Of a stretch of DNA of 64,000 nt, positions 1 through 9,190 are shown one piece after another. The DNA lies in NCBI GenBank assembly GCA_965248755.1, contig OZ252149.1, positions 3,968,001-4,032,000 of the forward strand, given 5' to 3'. The notes under the pieces are model-generated. The model searched no databases. It saw only the letters and a list, made by a program, of their open reading frames with translations, and was not told the DNA's origin. This DNA comes from Candidatus Latescibacterota bacterium (GTDB lineage: Bacteria > Latescibacterota > CBDEFO01). Positions within the stretch are counted from its first letter, which is position 1; each line of letters starts with the position of its first letter. The position numbers and the translations under genes are program-made.

Positions 1-237
1 CTTGCCTGGATGGATATTCATAAGGATAAATTCCGTTCGGCCATAGACAAGCTTCAGGCCATCGTTGACAAGGACATCTCCAAGGATGACGAGGTATATG
101 CCTATGCCTACTATCAGATAGGCAGGATTTACATTGCGTTCTTGCAGGACAAGGTCAAGGCTGATGCAGCTTTTGGGAAGGTGCTGGAACTCTATCCGGA
201 TTCAAAGCCTGCGAGGCGGAATTTCTGGCTTAAGTAG
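1..237 (+). CDS. TPR-containing exported protein, 3' part (array gene A, truncated by the window edge)
   Basis: Matches the C-terminal part of 5901..6437; TPR-like motif AYYQIGRIY...ADAAFGKVLELYPDS. Confidence 0.9.
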   Translation, partial: LAWMDIHKDKFRSAIDKLQAIVDKDISKDDEVYAYAYYQIGRIYIAFLQDKVKADAAFGKVLELYPDSKPARRNFWLK

Positions 238-334
238 GGATGAGGAAAATCCAGAGCTGGAATTACACTCAAGGATGATTGGAGAGCTAAGTCACAACAA
301 GCTTTTCCAGATAACCTAAGGAGGTGTGTGCTTT

Positions 335-1513
335 ATGAAAAAGTCCAGATGGACAATATGGATTTGTTTGCTGTCAATAGTCTTCGTCTTTGCCGGAGAT
401 GTGAGTGCGGCCCCACCGTACAGTATTACTCTGACTCACATCAAGTTCAACCACAACACGGGCAGCAACAGTACGGATGGCGTTACCATTAAAGAGAATG
501 AGACTGCTATTACGGCGCCTGAATGGGTGACAGGAGGTGCTAATGATCCTGTCTGCTATATAAAAAGTTCGAACAAGACGATCAAGGTACGCTTTACATG
601 CGACGCGGATTGGGTGACCAGCGCTCAGATACTGGCGACCAAGACTGCGGGGTCTATCCTGACGAATATTGCGGAGACGACAGTCACCTTCTCAAATGGA
701 GTGTCCAGCCCTGAATATCAGGACTTCACACTCACGAGTGTGCCTACCAATGTGAACAAATCGACAGCACTAAGGTGGCAGTGGAAGGAAAAGTATCAGG
801 GAAATAACTATAATATCACTTCAACCGGGCCTCATGAGATCTACGTAATCATTGCAAGCCCCCAGGAACCGCAGGCCACACCATGGGCTGAGGCCCTTTC
901 TGTAGCCTGTGGCTATGCGGGTGGAGCGAGTACAGCCGCTCAAGCGACGGATTATTTTACATTTAACTTGCTTTTTGATGCGACGTTTGGCTACGATACT
1001 GTGAATGGAGCAGCATCATATACTACCAATGGAAAAGGGACAAACTTCTGGCTTGATGATTTCTTGACTAACTTTAATGGTAGTGGTGGGGATGTTAATT
1101 GCTATGACATGGGGAAAGCAGTCAAGACTTTTGCGAACGCATTAGGGTGTAATGCGTTGTATAAGTATGTTCGCTCCTTCGGATATGTCAATTGCATAAA
1201 ACCGACCGGCGAAGCGTGGACCAACAACCCTTTCCATGACAATTCTAGTTGGTCTGATACTCTTATTGTCGGAGAAGACGATGATTCTACAGACGGAAGG
1301 TCTAAGTTTACGAATCATTCCTTCGGGGCAATCGGAGATGATGTTTATGATGCCCTAATGTCGGTAGATAATGATGCGAATCCTGATGCCGCCCCGCACA
1401 GCGAGTACTATCTGACGGGAGTTGCTTGGAGTACCTACAAAGGCTTGGTGAAAGACGACGATCCTGCCTATACAACCTCTACTCCTGAAACTTGGAGCTT
1501 CATCGTACAGTAG
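335..1513 (+). CDS. Secreted protein with N-terminal beta-rich domain and putative papain/transglutaminase-like Cys-His-Asp domain (array gene B, copy 1)
   Basis: AGGAGG RBS, signal peptide ending VSA-A, motifs VNCYD / NHSF / YDAL. Confidence 0.75.
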   Translation: MKKSRWTIWICLLSIVFVFAGDVSAAPPYSITLTHIKFNHNTGSNSTDGVTIKENETAITAPEWVTGGANDPVCYIKSSNKTIKVRFTCDADWVTSAQILATKTAGSILTNIAETTVTFSNGVSSPEYQDFTLTSVPTNVNKSTALRWQWKEKYQGNNYNITSTGPHEIYVIIASPQEPQATPWAEALSVACGYAGGASTAAQATDYFTFNLLFDATFGYDTVNGAASYTTNGKGTNFWLDDFLTNFNGSGGDVNCYDMGKAVKTFANALGCNALYKYVRSFGYVNCIKPTGEAWTNNPFHDNSSWSDTLIVGEDDDSTDGRSKFTNHSFGAIGDDVYDALMSVDNDANPDAAPHSEYYLTGVAWSTYKGLVKDDDPAYTTSTPETWSFIVQ

Positions 1514-1561
1514 TGTAGATTAGAACATCAGAACAGAAGAACTTCAACGGAGGTGAACAAA

Positions 1562-2785
1562 ATGACAAGAATCATTCTGTCACTCATACTGGTAACAGGA
1601 TTATTTGTATTGACCATACGCGATTTCGCGTTTGCACAGGAAGGGCCGACGGGTGAATCTCTAGATAAGCTAAAGGAGTTGTCCGACTTTGAAAGCTGGC
1701 CCGGGAAGACGGGTCCTGTTAGAGCTGGTGTTAGACTTTCCAAGGGTATAATACCGATCCTGGAAGGAACTACTGACCTCCTGCCAAACAGGACTCGTGG
1801 CCTATGGGGAGTAGAGAACAATCTCGTCATGTACTGGTCCATGTGGCAGATGGGAGAGACAATTATAACGGGACGGGAAGATTACACGGAAGATCGCGTG
1901 GAAATCTGGATTGTCGTGGCGGAGACCGCCGCAGAAGCGCACGAGTACCTTATTGAAAGGTACTTTTACACTTCACTGCCATTTGAAACCCGCGTTCCGC
2001 GGCGCGATCAACCCAATGTCGCGGGAGACATCTCTTTCTTCGGAGGAAGAAAATTTATCCGCAACAACATCGTTGTTGAGATCAGTGCGAAAGGCAAGAT
2101 GAAAGACAAACTGAGAGAAACTGCCGAACAAATAGACGCTCTTCTGCTGACAAGACCAACTGCAACATCCGCTGACCCCTTTAAGCCGGTGATAGAACGA
2201 TTGGAGCTAGCACAGGATACTGTAGAAAAGGGAAGTAGTACAAGGCTTTTCTTTGAAGCTAGAGATCCTCACGGGGGGGGCTTGGAATACATCTGGAGGA
2301 TGAACGGGGCTGGGCTTGGAAAGGATCACAATTCAGAAACTTACTACTATATTGCCAGATACGAGGTAGGTGTTAAGGAACTCACACTTATTGTCATAAA
2401 TGATATAGGGTTTGCTTCAAGGGCCAGCTTAACGGTTACAATAGTAGATTCTTTTACTACCCTCGTGGCTAATGAGGAAGGCACGGCTGCGGGGGCTCCT
2501 CAGGCCTTCGTTCTGGAGCAGAACTACCCCAATCCCTTCAATCCAGAGACAACGATTCATTATGCACTGGCCCATAAGGGGCCCCTGCCCACTCTGTTGG
2601 CGATCTACAATGTTTTGGGTCAGCAAGTGAAGACATTGGTGGATGAACCTCAGACAGGCGGTTTCTATTCCGTTCAGTGGGATGGAAAAGACGATGATGG
2701 AGGAAAGGTGTCCAGCGGTATCTATTTCTATAGGCTTGTCTCTGGCGAATTTGCCAAGACCCAGAAGATGCTTTTACTGGAATAA
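1562..2785 (+). CDS. Secreted protein with Ig-like domain and C-terminal FlgD-Ig/T9SS-like sorting domain (array gene C, copy 1)
   Basis: Signal peptide ending AFA-Q; LEQNYPNPFN...YNVLGQQVKTLVD...WDGKDD...SSGIYFYRL...KMLLLE. Confidence 0.88.
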   Translation: MTRIILSLILVTGLFVLTIRDFAFAQEGPTGESLDKLKELSDFESWPGKTGPVRAGVRLSKGIIPILEGTTDLLPNRTRGLWGVENNLVMYWSMWQMGETIITGREDYTEDRVEIWIVVAETAAEAHEYLIERYFYTSLPFETRVPRRDQPNVAGDISFFGGRKFIRNNIVVEISAKGKMKDKLRETAEQIDALLLTRPTATSADPFKPVIERLELAQDTVEKGSSTRLFFEARDPHGGGLEYIWRMNGAGLGKDHNSETYYYIARYEVGVKELTLIVINDIGFASRASLTVTIVDSFTTLVANEEGTAAGAPQAFVLEQNYPNPFNPETTIHYALAHKGPLPTLLAIYNVLGQQVKTLVDEPQTGGFYSVQWDGKDDDGGKVSSGIYFYRLVSGEFAKTQKMLLLE

Positions 2786-2799
2786 AGGAGGTGCGAAAG

Positions 2800-3336
2800 A
2801 TGAAATCCAAGAGCGCTCGACGAAGTGTATTAGTCACCCTCTTTTTAGCGACGTTGATGGGTGTTTTGTTCCAGACGTCGCAGCAGAGTGAGGCGCAAGT
2901 AGTGGTTTCCATCGAAGGTCCCAGAGAGATCGTGGTGACGATACAGGGGCCATCCCTGGAATTTGTGGCGCAGAAGCAGTATGAAATCGCACTGAACTAC
3001 ATCAAACTTGGGGATCTGAAGCGCGCAGAAGAGCAGCTTAAAAGGGTGATCAATAGCTATCCCACTGCTGGGACAACTGTTTCGTGGGCAGAATATTGTC
3101 TTGCCTGGATGGATATTCACAAAGATAAATTTCATTCGGCCATAGACAAGCTTCAGGCCATCGTTGACAAGGACATCTCCAAAGATGACGAGGTATATGC
3201 CTATGCCTACTATCAGATAGGCAGGATTTACATTGCGTTCTTGCAGGACAAGGTCAAGGCTGATGCAGCTTTTGGGAAGGTGCTGGAACTCTATCCGGAT
3301 TCAAAACCTGCGAGGCGGAATTTCTGGCTTAAGTAG
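2800..3336 (+). CDS. TPR-containing exported protein (array gene A)
   Basis: AGGAGG RBS, signal peptide (SEA-Q), three TPR-like repeats of BamD/YbgF style. Confidence 0.88.
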   Translation: MKSKSARRSVLVTLFLATLMGVLFQTSQQSEAQVVVSIEGPREIVVTIQGPSLEFVAQKQYEIALNYIKLGDLKRAEEQLKRVINSYPTAGTTVSWAEYCLAWMDIHKDKFHSAIDKLQAIVDKDISKDDEVYAYAYYQIGRIYIAFLQDKVKADAAFGKVLELYPDSKPARRNFWLK

Positions 3337-3433
3337 GGATGAGGAAAATCCAGAGGTGGCATTACACTCAACGATGATTGGAGAGCTAAGTCACAACAAG
3401 CTTTTCCAGATAACCCAAGGAGGTGTGTGCTTT

Positions 3434-4612
3434 ATGAAAAAGTCCAGATGGACAATATGGATCTGTTTGCTGTCAATAGTCTTCGTCTTTGCCGGAGATG
3501 TGAGTGCGGCCCCACCGTACAGTATTACTCTGACTCACATCAAGTTCGACCACAACACGGCCAGCAACAGTACGGATGGCGTTACCATTAAAGAGAATGA
3601 GATTGATATTACGGCGCCTGAATGGGTGACAGGAGGTGCCAATGATCCTGTCTGCTATATAAAAGGTTCGAACAAGACGATCAAGGTACGCTTTACATGC
3701 GACGCGGATTGGGTGACCAGCGCTCAGATACTGGCGACCAAGACTGCCGGGTCTATCCTGACGAATATTGCGGAGACGACAGTCACCTTCTCGAATGGAG
3801 TGTCCAGCCCTGAATATCAGGACTTCACACTCACGAGTGTGCCTACCAATGTGAACAAATCGACAGCACTAAGGTGGCAGTGGAAGGAAAAGTATCAGGG
3901 AAATAACTATAATATCACTTCAACCGGGCCTCATGAGATCTACGTAATCCTTGCAAGCCCTCAGGCCCCACAGGCCACACCATGGGCTGAGGCCCTTTCT
4001 GTAGCCTGTGGCTATGCGGGTGGAGCGAGTACAGCCGCTCAAGCGACAGATTATTTTACATTTAACTTGCTTTTTGATGCGACGTTTGGCTACGATACTG
4101 TGAATGGAGCAGCATCATATACTACCAATGGACAAGGGACAAACTTCTGGCTTGATAAATTCTTGATTGCCTTTAATGGCCCTGGTGGCGATGTTAATTG
4201 CTATGACATGGGGAAAGCAGTGAAGACCTTTGCGAACGCATTAGGGTGTAATGCGTTGTATAAGTATGTTAACCCCTTCGGATATGTCAATTGCATAAAG
4301 CCGACCGGCGAAGCGTGGACCAACAACCCTTTCCATGACAATGCTAGCTGGTCTGATACTCTTATTGTCGGAGAAGACGATGATTCTACAGACGGAAGGT
4401 CTAAGTTTACGAATCATTCCTTCGGGGCAATCGGAGATGATGTTTATGATGCCCTAATGTCGGTAGATAATGATGCGAATCCTGATGCCGCCCCGCACAG
4501 CGAGTACTATCTGACGGGAGTTGCTTGGAGTACCTACAAAGGCTTGGTGAAAGACGACGATCCTGCCCATGAAACCGGTAATCCTGTCAGTAAGAGCTTC
4601 ATCGTACAGTAG
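3434..4612 (+). CDS. Secreted Cys-His-Asp motif protein (array gene B, copy 2)
   Basis: Paralog of 335..1513 with clustered substitutions; the longer 3233 start is an upstream in-frame extension. Confidence 0.75.
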   Translation: MKKSRWTIWICLLSIVFVFAGDVSAAPPYSITLTHIKFDHNTASNSTDGVTIKENEIDITAPEWVTGGANDPVCYIKGSNKTIKVRFTCDADWVTSAQILATKTAGSILTNIAETTVTFSNGVSSPEYQDFTLTSVPTNVNKSTALRWQWKEKYQGNNYNITSTGPHEIYVILASPQAPQATPWAEALSVACGYAGGASTAAQATDYFTFNLLFDATFGYDTVNGAASYTTNGQGTNFWLDKFLIAFNGPGGDVNCYDMGKAVKTFANALGCNALYKYVNPFGYVNCIKPTGEAWTNNPFHDNASWSDTLIVGEDDDSTDGRSKFTNHSFGAIGDDVYDALMSVDNDANPDAAPHSEYYLTGVAWSTYKGLVKDDDPAHETGNPVSKSFIVQ

Positions 4613-4660
4613 TGTAGATTAGAGCATCAGAACAGAAGAACTTCAACGGAGGTGAACAAA

Positions 4661-5886
4661 ATGACAAGAATCATTCTGTCACTCATACTGGTAATAGGAT
4701 TACTAGTATTGAACATACGCGATTTCGCGTTTGCACAGGAAGGGCCGACGGGTGAATCTCTAGATAAGCTAAAGGAGTTGTCCGACTTTGAAAGCTGGCC
4801 CGGGAAGACGGGTCCTGTTAGAGCTGGTGTTAGACTTTCCAAGGGTATAATTCCGATCCTGGAAGGAACTACTGACATCAGGCCAAACAGGACTCCTGGC
4901 CTATGGGGAGTAGAGAACAATCTCGTCAGGTACTGGTCCAGGTGGCAGATGGGAGAGACAATTATAACGGGACGGGAAGATTACACGGAAGATCGCGTGG
5001 AAATCTGGATTGTCGTGGCGGAGACCGCCGCAGAAGCGCACGAGTACCTTATTGAAAGGTACTTTTACACTTCACTGCCATTTGAAACACGCGTTCCGCG
5101 GCGCGATCAACCCAATGTCGCGGGAGACATCTCTTTCTTCGGAGGAAGAAAATTTATCCGCAACAACATCGTTGTTGAGATCAGTGTGAAAGGCAAGATG
5201 AAAGACAAACTGAGACAAACTGCCGAGCAACTGGACGCACTTCTGCTGACGAGACCTACTGCAGCGTCGGCCCAGCAGTTTAAGCCGGTGATAGAACGAT
5301 TGGAGCTAGCACAGGATACTGTAGAAAAGGGAAGTAGTACAAGGCTTTTCTTTGAAGCTAGAGATCCTCACGGGGGGGGCTTGGAATACATCTGGAGGAT
5401 GAACGGGGCTGGGCTTGGAAAGGATCACAATTCAGAAACTTACTACTATATTGCCAGATACGAGGTAGGTGTTAAGGAACTCACACTTATTGTCATAAAT
5501 GATATAGGGTTTGCTTCAAGGGCCAGCTTAACGGTTACAATAGTAGATTCTTTTTAACTACCCTCGTGGCCAATGAGGAAGGCACGGCTGCGGGGGCTCC
5601 TCAGGCCTTCGTTCTGGAGCAGAACTACCCCAATCCCTTCAATCCAGAGACAACGATTCATTATGCACTGGCCCATAAGGGGCCCCTGCCCACTCTGTTG
5701 GCGATCTACAATGTTTTGGGTCAGCAAGTGAAGACATTGGTGGATGAACCTCAGACAGGCGGTTTCTATTCCGTTCAGTGGGATGGAAAAGACGATGATG
5801 GAGGAAAGGTGTCCAGCGGTATCTATTTCTATAGGCTTGTCTCTGGCGAATTTGCCAAGACCCAGAAGATGCTTTTACTGGAATAA
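4661..5886 (+). pseudogene. Array gene C, copy 2, frameshifted just before the FlgD-Ig tail
   Basis: GATTCTTTTTAACTACC here versus GATTCTTTTACTACC in copies 1 and 3 (+2 nt); stop at 5557, tail continues as ORF 5566..5886. Confidence 0.8.
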
Positions 5887-5900
5887 AGGAGGTGCGAAAG

Positions 5901-6437
5901 ATGAAATCCAAGAGCGCTCGACGAAGTGTATTAGTCACCCTCTTTTTAGCGACGTTGATGGGTGTTTTGTTCCAGACGTCGCAGCAGAGTGAGGCGCAAG
6001 TAGTGGTTTCCATCGAAGGTCCCAGAGAGATCGTGGTGACGATACAGGGGCCATCCCTGGAATTTGTGGCGCAGAAGCAGTATGAAATCGCACTGAACTA
6101 CATCAAACTTGGGGATCTGAAGCGCGCAGAAGAACAGCTTAAAAGGGTGATCGATAACTATCCCACTGCTGGCACGTCTGTCTCCTGGGCAGAATATTGT
6201 CTTGCCTGGATGGATATTCATAAGGATAAATTCCGTTCGGCCATAGACAAGCTTCAGGCCATCGTTGACAAGGACATCTCCAAGGATGACGAGGTATATG
6301 CCTATGCCTACTATCAGATAGGCAGGATTTACATTGCGTTCTTGCAGGACAAGGTCAAGGCTGATGCAGCTTTTGGGAAGGTGCTGGAACTCTATCCGGA
6401 TTCAAAGCCTGCGAGGCGGAATTTCTGGCTTAAGTAG
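5901..6437 (+). CDS. TPR-containing exported protein (array gene A)
   Basis: Near-identical to 2800..3336. Confidence 0.88.
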   Translation: MKSKSARRSVLVTLFLATLMGVLFQTSQQSEAQVVVSIEGPREIVVTIQGPSLEFVAQKQYEIALNYIKLGDLKRAEEQLKRVIDNYPTAGTSVSWAEYCLAWMDIHKDKFRSAIDKLQAIVDKDISKDDEVYAYAYYQIGRIYIAFLQDKVKADAAFGKVLELYPDSKPARRNFWLK

Positions 6438-6534
6438 GGATGAGGAAAATCCAGAGCTGGAATTACACTCAAGGATGATTGGAGAGCTAAGTCACAACAA
6501 GCTTTTCCAGATAACCTAAGGAGGTGTGTGCTTT

Positions 6535-7713
6535 ATGAAAAAGTCCAGATGGACAATATGGATTTGTTTGCTGTCAATAGTCTTCGTCTTTGCCGGAGAT
6601 GTGAGTGCGGCCCCACCGTACAGTATTACTCTGACTCACATCAAGTTCAACCACAACACGGGCAGCAACAGTACGGATGGCGTTACCATTAAAGAGAATG
6701 AGACTGCTATTACGGCGCCTGAATGGGTGACAGGAGGTGCTAATGATCCTGTCTGCTATATAAAAAGTTCGAACAAGACGATCAAGGTACGCTTTACATG
6801 CGACGCGGATTGGGTGACCAGCGCTCAGATACTGGCGACCAAGACTGCGGGGTCTATCCTGACGAATATTGCGGAGACGACAGTCACCTTCTCGAATGGA
6901 TTGTCCAGCCCTGAATATCAGGACTTCACACTCACGAGTGTGCCTACCAATGTGAACAAATCGACAGCACTAAGGTGGCAGTGGAAGGAAAAGTATCAGG
7001 GAAATAACTATAATATCACTTCAACCGGGCCTCATGAGATCTACGTAATCCTTGCAAGCCCTCAGGCCCCACAGGCCACACCATGGGCTGAGGCCCTTTC
7101 TGTAGCCTGTGGCTATGCGGGTGGAGCGAGTACAGCCGCTCAAGCGACGGATTATTTTACATTTAACTTGCTTTTTGATGCGACGTTTGGCTACGATACT
7201 GTGAATGGAGCACCATCATTTACTACCAATGGACAAGGGACAAACTTCTGGCTTGATAAATTCTTGATTGCCTTTAATGGCCCTGGTGGCGATGTTAATT
7301 GCTATGACATGGGGAAAGCAGTGAAGACCTTTGCGAACGCATTAGGGTGTAATGCGTTGTATAAGTATGTTAACCCCTTCGGATATGTCAATTGCATAAA
7401 GCCGACCGGCGAAGCGTGGACCAACAACCCTTTCCATGACAATGCTAGCTGGTCTGATACTCTTATTGTCGGAGAAGACGATGATTCTACAGACGGAAGG
7501 TCTAAGTTTACGAATCATTCCTTCGGGGCAATCGGAGATGATGTTTATGATGCCCTAATGTCGGTAGATAATGATGCGAATCCTGATGCCGCCCCGCACA
7601 GCGAGTACTATCTGACGGGAGTTGCTTGGAGTACCTACAAAGGCTTGGTGAAAGACGACGATCCTGCCCATGAAACCGGTAATCCTGTCAGTAAGAGCTT
7701 CATCGTACAGTAG
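6535..7713 (+). CDS. Secreted Cys-His-Asp motif protein (array gene B, copy 3)
   Basis: 5' half follows copy 1, 3' half follows copy 2. Confidence 0.75.
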   Translation: MKKSRWTIWICLLSIVFVFAGDVSAAPPYSITLTHIKFNHNTGSNSTDGVTIKENETAITAPEWVTGGANDPVCYIKSSNKTIKVRFTCDADWVTSAQILATKTAGSILTNIAETTVTFSNGLSSPEYQDFTLTSVPTNVNKSTALRWQWKEKYQGNNYNITSTGPHEIYVILASPQAPQATPWAEALSVACGYAGGASTAAQATDYFTFNLLFDATFGYDTVNGAPSFTTNGQGTNFWLDKFLIAFNGPGGDVNCYDMGKAVKTFANALGCNALYKYVNPFGYVNCIKPTGEAWTNNPFHDNASWSDTLIVGEDDDSTDGRSKFTNHSFGAIGDDVYDALMSVDNDANPDAAPHSEYYLTGVAWSTYKGLVKDDDPAHETGNPVSKSFIVQ

Positions 7714-7761
7714 TGTAGATTAGAGCATCAGAACAGAAGAACTTCAACGGAGGTGAACAAA

Positions 7762-8979
7762 ATGACAAGAATCATTCTGTCACTCATACTGGTAATAGGA
7801 TTACTAGTATTGAACATACGCGATTTCGCGTTTGCACAGGAAGGGCCGACGGGTGAATCTCTAGATAAGCTAAAGGAGTTGTCCGACTTTGAAAGCTGGC
7901 CCGGGAAGACGGGTCCTGTTAGAGCTGGTGTTAGACTTTCCAAGGGTATAATACCGATCCTGGAAGGAACTACTGACCTCCTGCCAAACAGGACTCGTGG
8001 CCTATGGGGACAAAAGAACAATCTCGTCATGTACTGGTCCATGTGGCAGATGGGAGAGACAATTATAACGGGACGGGAAGATTACACAGAAGATCGCGTG
8101 GAAATCTGGATTGTCGTGGCGGAGACCGTCGCAGAGGCGCACGAGTACCTTATTGAAAGGTACTTTTACACTTCACTGCCATTTGAAACCCGCGTTCCGC
8201 GGCGCGATCAACCCAATGTCGCGGGAGACATCTCTTTCTTCGGAGGAAGAAAATTTATCCGCAACAACATCGTTGTTGAGATCAGTGCGAAAGGCAAGAT
8301 GAAAGACAAACTGAGAGAAACTGCCGAACAAATAGACGCTCTTCTGCTGACAAGACCAACTGCAACATCCGCTGACCCCTTTAAGCCGGTGATAGAACGA
8401 TTGGAGATAGCACAGGATACTGTAGAACGGGAGAGTAAAACCAAGCTCTTCGTTGAAGCTACCGACCCCTACGGTGGCGATTTGGTATATAAATGGCGAG
8501 GAACTGACGGTGGGATCGGCAAGGATGAATCTGGCGATTACTATTACTATGCCGGAGACTTCGGTGTAAACAACCTTACTCTGAGCCTTATTGTCATAAA
8601 TGATATAGGGTTTGCTTCAAGGGCAAGCATTGGGGTCACAATAGTAGATTCTTTTACTACCCTCGTGGCTAATGAGGAAGGCACGGCTGCGGGGGCTCCT
8701 CAGGCCTTCGCTCTGGAGCAGAACTACCCCAATCCCTTCAATGCTTCTACTGTGATTGGCTATGTGCTGCCCAGATCAGAAAATGTAAGCTTGAAGGTCT
8801 ACAGCCTCCTCGGTCAGGAGATCGCCACTCTGGTGGACGGATATCAGGAGATGGGTTCTCATCGAGTCCACTGGGACGGAATGGATAACGAAGGCCAGCA
8901 AGTTTCCTCAGGGATATATTTCTATCAGCTTCGAGCGGGAGAATTCCAAGAGACAAAGAGGATGACGCTTTTGCGATAG
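7762..8979 (+). CDS. Secreted FlgD-Ig-tailed protein (array gene C, copy 3; divergent Ig-like domain and different tail)
   Basis: Same N-terminus as copies 1/2; different sequence at ~8425-8640 and after NYPNPFN. Confidence 0.88.
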   Translation: MTRIILSLILVIGLLVLNIRDFAFAQEGPTGESLDKLKELSDFESWPGKTGPVRAGVRLSKGIIPILEGTTDLLPNRTRGLWGQKNNLVMYWSMWQMGETIITGREDYTEDRVEIWIVVAETVAEAHEYLIERYFYTSLPFETRVPRRDQPNVAGDISFFGGRKFIRNNIVVEISAKGKMKDKLRETAEQIDALLLTRPTATSADPFKPVIERLEIAQDTVERESKTKLFVEATDPYGGDLVYKWRGTDGGIGKDESGDYYYYAGDFGVNNLTLSLIVINDIGFASRASIGVTIVDSFTTLVANEEGTAAGAPQAFALEQNYPNPFNASTVIGYVLPRSENVSLKVYSLLGQEIATLVDGYQEMGSHRVHWDGMDNEGQQVSSGIYFYQLRAGEFQETKRMTLLR

Positions 8980-9001
8980 ATGTGTCCCTATTGGTATGAG
9001 G

Positions 9002-9040
9002 AAGACGGCTATGGCCAATTTGGTGTAGCTGTCTTTTTTT
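9002..9040 (+). terminator. Rho-independent terminator closing the array operon
   Basis: AAGACGGCTA...TAGCTGTCTT stem followed by a T run. Confidence 0.7.
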
Positions 9041-9190
9041 GCTTTTAGAAGTTTTTGTTAAACAGCAGAATAGCGCCAGCAGGGATGTGCTACTACTTGT
9101 TAGGTGCGGCTCTGCTGAACGTCATGTCCTTTTGTTCGATCAGACAGGCATGGGTTGCTCGGAGATAGTAGTTTGGCTAGTCCTAACTTC

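Larger units (their letters stand above)
1..8743 (+). repeat. Tandem array of a ~3.1 kb three-gene unit (period 3099-3101 bp), at least 2.8 units visible, open at the left edge
   Basis: CTTGCCTGGATGGATATTCA recurs at 1, 3100 and 6201; ORFs are near-identical in each unit; identity ends just after ...CCCAATCCCTTCAAT near 8743. Confidence 0.98.

Noticed and set aside
3233..3433. N-terminal extension of gene B copy 2 (459 aa ORF)
   Set aside because: Caused by TAA-to-CAA in the spacer; RBS and signal peptide indicate the start at 3434 as in the other copies
1..8979. Diversity-generating retroelement behind the array variation
   Set aside because: Some codon pairs vary at positions 1-2, but there are also synonymous C/T and G/C changes spread over 3 kb, and no reverse transcriptase or separate template repeat is in the window
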